This document shows, piece after piece, positions 34,672-40,416 of a stretch of DNA of 40,416 nucleotides (the stretch's first letter is position 1; the number at the start of each line of letters is the position of its first letter). The position numbers and the translations under genes are program-made. Source of the stretch: a virus (taxonomy: Duplodnaviria; Caudoviricetes); IMG/VR virus record IMGVR_UViG_3300007512_000086, positions 1-40,416 of that record. The stretch is one strand, 5' to 3'. The notes beneath the pieces are model-generated. The model did not search any database. It saw only the letters and a list, made by a program, of their open reading frames with translations, and was not told the DNA's origin.

Positions 34672-35546
34672 TTTCTATCCCTAAGTTTATCAAGTTTTCT
34701 TTTAATAGAATATCGTTTATCTTCTAATTTTTTCCAAACACCCTTAATTGGTGATGTTCCGGCTGGAAACCATTTAAAATACATTAATCTATCAACTAAA
34801 CCACTATCATTTTTACCTTCTTTAGCATATACTTTATATGCACCACTCATCAATTTAGCATAGTTTTCAATAATCTTAGCACCAACACCTCTACCAACGT
34901 TTTTCTCTCTCCACTTATCTCTTGCAACAGCTAATTCTGAATTTATTTCCAAATATACAATAATATTATGATAACCTTCTTCACGAGTTTGTTTCAATCT
35001 ACGTAAAATCTTTGGTGGTTTAGACGCTACTGTGTCTATTACAAGAAGTTTACCAGCCTTATGTACTTTAGTTTTAAACAAATCCTTTTCATATTCTTTA
35101 GCTATATCTCTGATATCAAAGAACGATGCATAAAATGGTTTATACAATAGTTTATAAAAATTATTACTACCTTTATCTTTATTCTGTAACCACCAATTAA
35201 AATCAAAAGGAAATGTAACTATTTTACCACGATTTGATGTATATGCCGAATTACCAACAAATTCACCAAATCCCCGTTCACTACTACGTTCTTCATCTGG
35301 TGCTACTTTCAACAAGTGTTGGTAGTGTAACATAGCAGTATCATATTGTAAAGCCATAACTTGTGAATCAGAATTAGTTACATTATATCCAGTAAATCCT
35401 GGTATGTAACTTGAACCCTCATTATTAATCCAAGTAGACTTACCAGCCGCAGGTAAACCCATCAGAACAACACAAAGTTTTCCTGTATCTTCAAGAAACT
35501 CACGAAGTTCTGATTTTATCATTTCCTTTAAGATTTTTTTGTTCAT
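34668..35546 (-). CDS. P-loop kinase (polynucleotide-kinase / zeta-toxin-like fold)
   Basis: Walker A GLPAAGKS, 'NSD', Walker B 'LVIDT' and lid 'A.AR...R...GR.V'. Confidence 0.75.
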   Translation of the reverse strand: MNKKILKEMIKSELREFLEDTGKLCVVLMGLPAAGKSTWINNEGSSYIPGFTGYNVTNSDSQVMALQYDTAMLHYQHLLKVAPDEERSSERGFGEFVGNSAYTSNRGKIVTFPFDFNWWLQNKDKGSNNFYKLLYKPFYASFFDIRDIAKEYEKDLFKTKVHKAGKLLVIDTVASKPPKILRRLKQTREEGYHNIIVYLEINSELAVARDKWREKNVGRGVGAKIIENYAKLMSGAYKVYAKEGKNDSGLVDRLMYFKWFPAGTSPIKGVWKKLEDKRYSIKRKLDKLRDRK

Positions 35547-36022
35547 TATACTTCCAATGCTCTTCTAAACCAACCAAAGTAAAATTTTTCTAAATCTGGT
35601 TTTCTTGTTACTAAATCCGCATAGTATTTAACACGATACGCTCTAACTCTATCCAACTCAACACCTTTCATAGCCGCTATTGTTTTTGGCCCCATTCCAC
35701 CATCTACCTTTAAACCAGCACCTTTAGCGTTAGCCGCTCGTTGCATAATCTTTACAGCTCTTCCTCTACCTTGATTTACACACATATCAAAATAAATGTG
35801 ACGTAAATCTTCTGATAAAGATTCTACTTTATTTCTATCCCAATAGTGTTCCTTGTAGATTTCTATTGCACCTTCTTTTGTAAGGTTCTTTATATCTACA
35901 TCTGGGTGACTTCTTTTAGCAACACCAAAATTAGTTTCACCACCTGGGTCTTTAGGGTCATTTACATAACCGCCTTCGTGGTGTAAAACCACCTCTATTA
36001 TTTCTTCGAATTTTATTAACAT
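35546..36022 (-). CDS. Endolysin, glycoside hydrolase family 108 with a C-terminal peptidoglycan-binding region
   Basis: 'HEGGYVNDP.DPGGETNFG', 'IY...YW', 'FD..VN.G', 'VDG.MGPKT' and 'F..GW..R'. Confidence 0.93.
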   Translation of the reverse strand: MLIKFEEIIEVVLHHEGGYVNDPKDPGGETNFGVAKRSHPDVDIKNLTKEGAIEIYKEHYWDRNKVESLSEDLRHIYFDMCVNQGRGRAVKIMQRAANAKGAGLKVDGGMGPKTIAAMKGVELDRVRAYRVKYYADLVTRKPDLEKFYFGWFRRALEV

Positions 36023-36051
36023 TTCGTGACTCCTGATGTTATTTTCCTATA

Positions 36052-36059
36052 TATAAATA
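36052..36059 (-). promoter_or_regulatory. Putative late promoter motif for the endolysin-kinase-terminase-portal operon
   Basis: GATATTTATATA on the coding strand, intergenic. Confidence 0.65.
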
Positions 36060-36062
36060 TCA

Positions 36063-37055
36063 TCAACAAAACTTATCGAGTCTTTCTTTAAGGTTCTCGA
36101 TTTGATTTTGTCGTTCTTTTACAGCTTCAATTAAACAAGGTATTATTTTAGTATAATTTATACCATAAACACCATCCTTTTGGACAACCACTTCTGGTAT
36201 TATATCCTTTACCTCTTGTGCAATCATACCTACTCTTTTTCCATGTCCTTGTTCATCTTTAAACTCTTCTCTCCACTCAAAATTTACACCTCTTAATTTA
36301 TTAATTTTATCAAGTGATTTTGTAAGTGGTTCTATATTTTCTTTTAGCCTAAAATCGGAAACCGCGTTTATTAGTTTACCATTTGCATCAGCATTTAAAT
36401 CCAAACTACTACCAGCAAGTCCACTAACAATAAAACCAAGTGCATTACTACAACTAATTTGTTGGTTATTATCATTTATTTCCATATGAGTTTGTGTTCC
36501 AAATCCGACCCAATCATCATCACCAATAAACGTAGTACCTTCTTGTTGAACTCTTATTACCTCATTTACATCATCACAAGTAACATAAGTACCATTGGAG
36601 TTGCCAACATTATCTCCCAATGATACAAATCCAATTGAATTTAAAGCAACTTGACCACCTGTATCAGACATACTAATAAAAGTATTATTACCATTTCCAC
36701 CCGTATCACCTACTCCAAAATCTTTTCTTGCCGTATTAAAGAAAAACTCATCATCTGCTCCAAATGAACCACCATCATTCCATATAACAGCATATTGACT
36801 ACCACTTACACTTTGTACAGCAGCTAAAAATTGTTCCCACGAACCATCTTTATTCTTCATTTGCATAGTACCACTATTATTTCTAATACCATATCCATCG
36901 CTACCAGTTACACCACCACCATTAAGATATGAATATTTGGATACTGATATATTATCATACGCCGTTGTACCAGTTAAACAATCATATAAATCAGACAACA
37001 TTGTATTAGTAAATGTTGCTCCAGAAGTTATTCCAGTTTTACTTAAATCAGCCAT
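36063..37055 (-). CDS. Short fibre protein with a C-terminal S74 intramolecular chaperone
   Basis: 'SDFRLKENI', 'LRGV.F.W', 'G.IAQEV....PEVV' and 'LIEAVKE'; paralogue of the next gene. Confidence 0.85.
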   Translation of the reverse strand: MADLSKTGITSGATFTNTMLSDLYDCLTGTTAYDNISVSKYSYLNGGGVTGSDGYGIRNNSGTMQMKNKDGSWEQFLAAVQSVSGSQYAVIWNDGGSFGADDEFFFNTARKDFGVGDTGGNGNNTFISMSDTGGQVALNSIGFVSLGDNVGNSNGTYVTCDDVNEVIRVQQEGTTFIGDDDWVGFGTQTHMEINDNNQQISCSNALGFIVSGLAGSSLDLNADANGKLINAVSDFRLKENIEPLTKSLDKINKLRGVNFEWREEFKDEQGHGKRVGMIAQEVKDIIPEVVVQKDGVYGINYTKIIPCLIEAVKERQNQIENLKERLDKFC

Positions 37056-38064
37056 TATTTTCCAACTTATCTAATCTTTTCATTAATTCATCTATTTGTG
37101 GTTGTTGTTCTTTTATAGCTTCAACCAATACGGCTACTAATGGGCTATAATTCATACCATACACACCTTCTTTATCTTGAAACACAACTTCTGGTACATA
37201 TTTTTCAACTTCTTGTGCAATAAAACCTATACTTTTTCCAGCACCTCGTGTTTCTTTATCTTTCCATTCAAACTTTACACCATCTAAATTTAAAACTTTA
37301 TTAAGTGGATTTTCAATTGGTTCTATATTTTCTTTTAATCTAAAATCAGATACGTGTAGTTGTAATTTACCAGTAGCATCAGTTCCCACGTCAATAGCAG
37401 TACCAGTTGATAGATTACTAATAATAGTACCATTACTAGCACTCATACTAATTTGTTGATTAGTATCATTTACTTCTATATGTGTACCATTACCATATCC
37501 TACCCAGTCATCATCACCAATGAATGTAGAACCCTCGCATTGTATACGTATAATTTCATTTACATCATCAACGGATATATAAGTACCAAGAGAAAAACCA
37601 GGATAATCTCCACCCCAGAATAGACCTGTAGATTGACATGCTATATTACCTTGTGAATCCGACATACTAATATATGTATTATTTCCACTTCCTGCTAAAT
37701 CCCCACATCTGAATACTTTACCACTATCGTCATATGTAAAACTTGTTGATGAATCAAGACCACTCGAACCATCATTAATTTGTATATGATTGTTACTACC
37801 TGCTACAGTTAATGTTGAACCACCACCACCTGTTGCTATACCTGCCCAACCTCCACCATTATTTTTAAATTCTATAGTACCACTATTATTTCTAAGACCA
37901 TATCCACCAGACCCAGCAGTACCACCTGCGTTCAAATATTCAAATTTAGCTATTTGAATATTATCAAACGCTGTTGTACCAGTTAGACAATCATATAAAT
38001 TAGTTATATGTGTTGGTGTTATTGAATAACCACTCGTTATTCCAGTTTTACTTAAATTGGCCAT
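37048..38064 (-). CDS. Short fibre protein with a C-terminal S74 intramolecular chaperone
   Basis: Same motifs; N-terminus MANLSKTGITSG...LYDCLTGTTA shared with 36063..37055. Confidence 0.85.
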   Translation of the reverse strand: MANLSKTGITSGYSITPTHITNLYDCLTGTTAFDNIQIAKFEYLNAGGTAGSGGYGLRNNSGTIEFKNNGGGWAGIATGGGGSTLTVAGSNNHIQINDGSSGLDSSTSFTYDDSGKVFRCGDLAGSGNNTYISMSDSQGNIACQSTGLFWGGDYPGFSLGTYISVDDVNEIIRIQCEGSTFIGDDDWVGYGNGTHIEVNDTNQQISMSASNGTIISNLSTGTAIDVGTDATGKLQLHVSDFRLKENIEPIENPLNKVLNLDGVKFEWKDKETRGAGKSIGFIAQEVEKYVPEVVFQDKEGVYGMNYSPLVAVLVEAIKEQQPQIDELMKRLDKLENNG

Positions 38065-39257
38065 TAATTATTCTCTCTATCTATTATAACACCTTTAAAA
38101 TTATCTACAGCTACTTTATCTTTTCTTGTACCAATACAAAGTATATTATACTCACCATCATTTTCAACTTCTATATCAATTTGTGTTTGATTTTCATTAA
38201 CTTTACCATATCCTCTACCAAAATGTTTTATCGGATTAACCCATACCATACTATTTTCATTTAAAAATCTATAATAATCTGGTAAATCTAAACTATTAGA
38301 ACCACTAAATAAATTTTCCGACCAGCGATATAAATTATCACCACAAGTAGGCGATTCAACAAACGAATGTTGTAAATAATATTCAGATGCACTTACTGGA
38401 TTTGGATGTTTAATTTTAAATGTACCAGAACCTTTACTAAGTGCAGTACTAATATTTAATGACCCAGAAACAGAAACAACACCATATGTGATACCTTGAG
38501 TACCACCTTCTGAACCAGACGCTGGTATTAATAAAATAGAACCCCCTTGTTCGCCTCCCCCCTCGGTTACGGTTGGTGCCGCTTGGATAATAACATTTCC
38601 TGGGTCATCTATTGCAGATTCTCTACCAATTACCAAATCTTGAGTTTCATCTATTGTTACTAAATCGTTAGTCGAAATAACATTTGATTCAACTGAATTT
38701 GCAACAATATCATTTGTATTTATGTTACCACCTCGTACTTCTAACCCACTCGCGTCCATATTAATATAGTTATCACCAGTATTATATATTAAAATACCAT
38801 CTTGTGACGCATGTACTTGTGGTTTATTTGCTGTTAATTTAAAATTATCAAGATACATACGCTTATGAATGCTATACGCTGGGGCCCCAACTACAGACAT
38901 TGACGATGTTACTTGTATACTAGCCGTTGTCCACGTTGACACAGAAGTTCCACCAGTAAAATCTGTGTCACCATCTTCGGATGGAACTTGTGCCGTATAA
39001 CTAAACTTCTTCCAATCTCCACCTAAAGAAAAAGTTTGATGTACGCCTGTAGCTCTCTTCCCAATAATACAAGTCCACTCATTTGTACTATCATGACTAA
39101 GATAAAGATTTACTTTTGGAGAAAAACCAGGTGCATTTCTCTTACCAAAAAAAGATAAATTTGCCGATTCTCCTGGTTCCATTGGTGTTTTATTACTCGT
39201 ACCATCAAGTATTGTATCATTTCTTAAATAATGATATACAGTATTTGTTGTAGCCAT
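38064..39257 (-). CDS. Tail fibre-like protein (C-terminal-type module)
   Basis: 397 aa; beta-rich; C-terminal 'KGSGTFKI.HP...L.HSFVESP...NLYR...LPDY...N' as seen at the ends of phage fibres; AAGGAG SD. Confidence 0.7.
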   Translation of the reverse strand: MATTNTVYHYLRNDTILDGTSNKTPMEPGESANLSFFGKRNAPGFSPKVNLYLSHDSTNEWTCIIGKRATGVHQTFSLGGDWKKFSYTAQVPSEDGDTDFTGGTSVSTWTTASIQVTSSMSVVGAPAYSIHKRMYLDNFKLTANKPQVHASQDGILIYNTGDNYINMDASGLEVRGGNINTNDIVANSVESNVISTNDLVTIDETQDLVIGRESAIDDPGNVIIQAAPTVTEGGGEQGGSILLIPASGSEGGTQGITYGVVSVSGSLNISTALSKGSGTFKIKHPNPVSASEYYLQHSFVESPTCGDNLYRWSENLFSGSNSLDLPDYYRFLNENSMVWVNPIKHFGRGYGKVNENQTQIDIEVENDGEYNILCIGTRKDKVAVDNFKGVIIDRENN

Positions 39258-39263
39258 TTATTT

Positions 39264-39646
39264 TTACTCCTTATTATACCAAGATAAAATTTCTTGGTCT
39301 TTTTTTATATTTTTTACACTTTCAAAAATAAAAATATTATCTTCTTCACTCGTGTAGTAATTTACCATTCTATCTTCAACTTTTCTGCACTATTGTACAA
39401 TGACGCGTAACCAAATAAAAAGGCTCTAAAACTATGTGGTGGTTTAGGTCTATCATCACCTTTACTTTTTGGCCAATAGTAAGTGTATTTACTATCTACG
39501 TTATCAATATCTTTCGATGAAAGTTTGGTGTAATAACACTCTTCTAATATTTCTCCAGTCATTATATCCTTTTTAGCAAAAACTCCATATCCATGTACTT
39601 TAGATTTTCTAATTTCTATTTCATTTCTATACAAAATATTTTTCAT
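39264..39646 (-). pseudogene. SET-domain protein with a 1-nt frameshift near 39381-39384
   Basis: 'IEIRKS.VHGYGVFAKKDI..GEILE' and 'GY.SLYNS'; the -1 frame continues 'VEDRMVNYY...IFIFESVKNIKKDQEILSWY' to a TAA at 39264. Confidence 0.75.
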
Positions 39647-39648
39647 AA

Positions 39649-40416
39649 TTACGCGCCAATACCACCACCTCCTGCATCAATGTCAAGTCTAAATGTAACT
39701 CCATATGAACCTTCATATGTTGATTCTGTAGAGCCCGTTACTTTGGCAAACACGCCCACTCCAGACCAATCTAAAGTCCACCCAGTTGCTGTTCTTGGGT
39801 CAGTTCCAGTTCCAGTTTCAAAATCACCATTACTTAATCTATCAAAAAAACTTGCAGACACTACTCCTGGCTCATCTATCATAAAATAACCAAATCTTGC
39901 AACATATTGTTTGGTAGAACTATCTTGTATATAAAATGAACCAGATGTTGTAGCTAATCCTATTTCTTGTGAAGCCGATGTTTGTGTAATACCCCCCGTT
40001 TCAATGTTCCACCCACCAATATCCCCGGCACTCGATGAAACTGTTCCTGCCATTGTAACATCACCAGTTTTAGATAAATGAAAGTTACTTGAACTTATCT
40101 CAATTGTACCACCACTATCTGGTGAACCACTAATAAACTGACCACCAGTACCAGTCTTTCCTTTTCCTAACATAAAACCAGATGAACTCATTATAAGAGT
40201 TTCAGTACTATGATTATATTGTATTCTACCCCCGTCTGAGTTACCAAGTAATAAACTACCAAGTCCACTTACATAAAATCCCTTTTGTCTATTAGAAGCA
40301 CCCACGCCCTCCCAATCTGTAGGAGGCGTACTACCTAATGATATAACACCATTATTACTACTACTGATTATTATATTAGCAGTATTTAAATTAAACGCTT
40401 CTGTTTGTATATTAAA
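39649..40416 (-). CDS. Large tail/fibre structural protein, 3' end only
   Basis: The frame stays open from 40305 to the window edge (FNIQTEAFNLNTANIIISSSNNG...); 'IEISSSNFHL...G.V', 'G.IGGW.I' and 'LSNGDFE.G' segments. Confidence 0.75.
   Translation of the reverse strand, partial: FNIQTEAFNLNTANIIISSSNNGVISLGSTPPTDWEGVGASNRQKGFYVSGLGSLLLGNSDGGRIQYNHSTETLIMSSSGFMLGKGKTGTGGQFISGSPDSGGTIEISSSNFHLSKTGDVTMAGTVSSSAGDIGGWNIETGGITQTSASQEIGLATTSGSFYIQDSSTKQYVARFGYFMIDEPGVVSASFFDRLSNGDFETGTGTDPRTATGWTLDWSGVGVFAKVTGSTESTYEGSYGVTFRLDIDAGGGGIGA

Noticed and set aside
37437-37525. Fibre-tip repeat as a DGR TR/VR pair or invertible segment
   Set aside because: Both copies are coding, in direct orientation, with only two synonymous differences, and no reverse transcriptase or invertase is visible.
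1-40416. Stop-codon reassignment as seen in some large phages
   Set aside because: Core genes are full length in code 11, and TAA, TAG and TGA all end genes right before the next start.

Overview
Late (virion morphogenesis) region of a large, AT-rich, distantly T4-related myovirus. All credible genes are on the minus strand and read with the standard code. In transcription order (high to low coordinates): tail-fibre-like genes interrupted by a frameshifted SET-domain gene; two S74-chaperone fibre paralogues; GH108 endolysin; P-loop kinase; an 885-aa HIGH-nucleotidyltransferase/KxDG ligase-like fusion; terminase; portal; about a dozen probable prohead or internal proteins around the gp21-like protease; ribosomal protein bS21; scaffold; major capsid; an HNH endonuclease; neck proteins; a 2614-aa Gly-Ser/Thr collagen-like fibre; sheath; tube; and the start of a gp26-like gene. 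The best candidates for new biology are: (1) a possible translational switch, with phage bS21 next to structural genes that carry strong Shine-Dalgarno sequences; (2) a kinase plus nucleotidyltransferase/ligase module with apparent capsid-targeting leaders and protease sites; (3) the giant Ser/Thr collagen fibre and a virion-wide [ST]-[GAS]-S motif; (4) a late-promoter motif that is the reverse complement of the T4 one; (5) a SET gene that appears to split a carbohydrate-binding domain. All family assignments come from motif recognition by eye, not from database searches.
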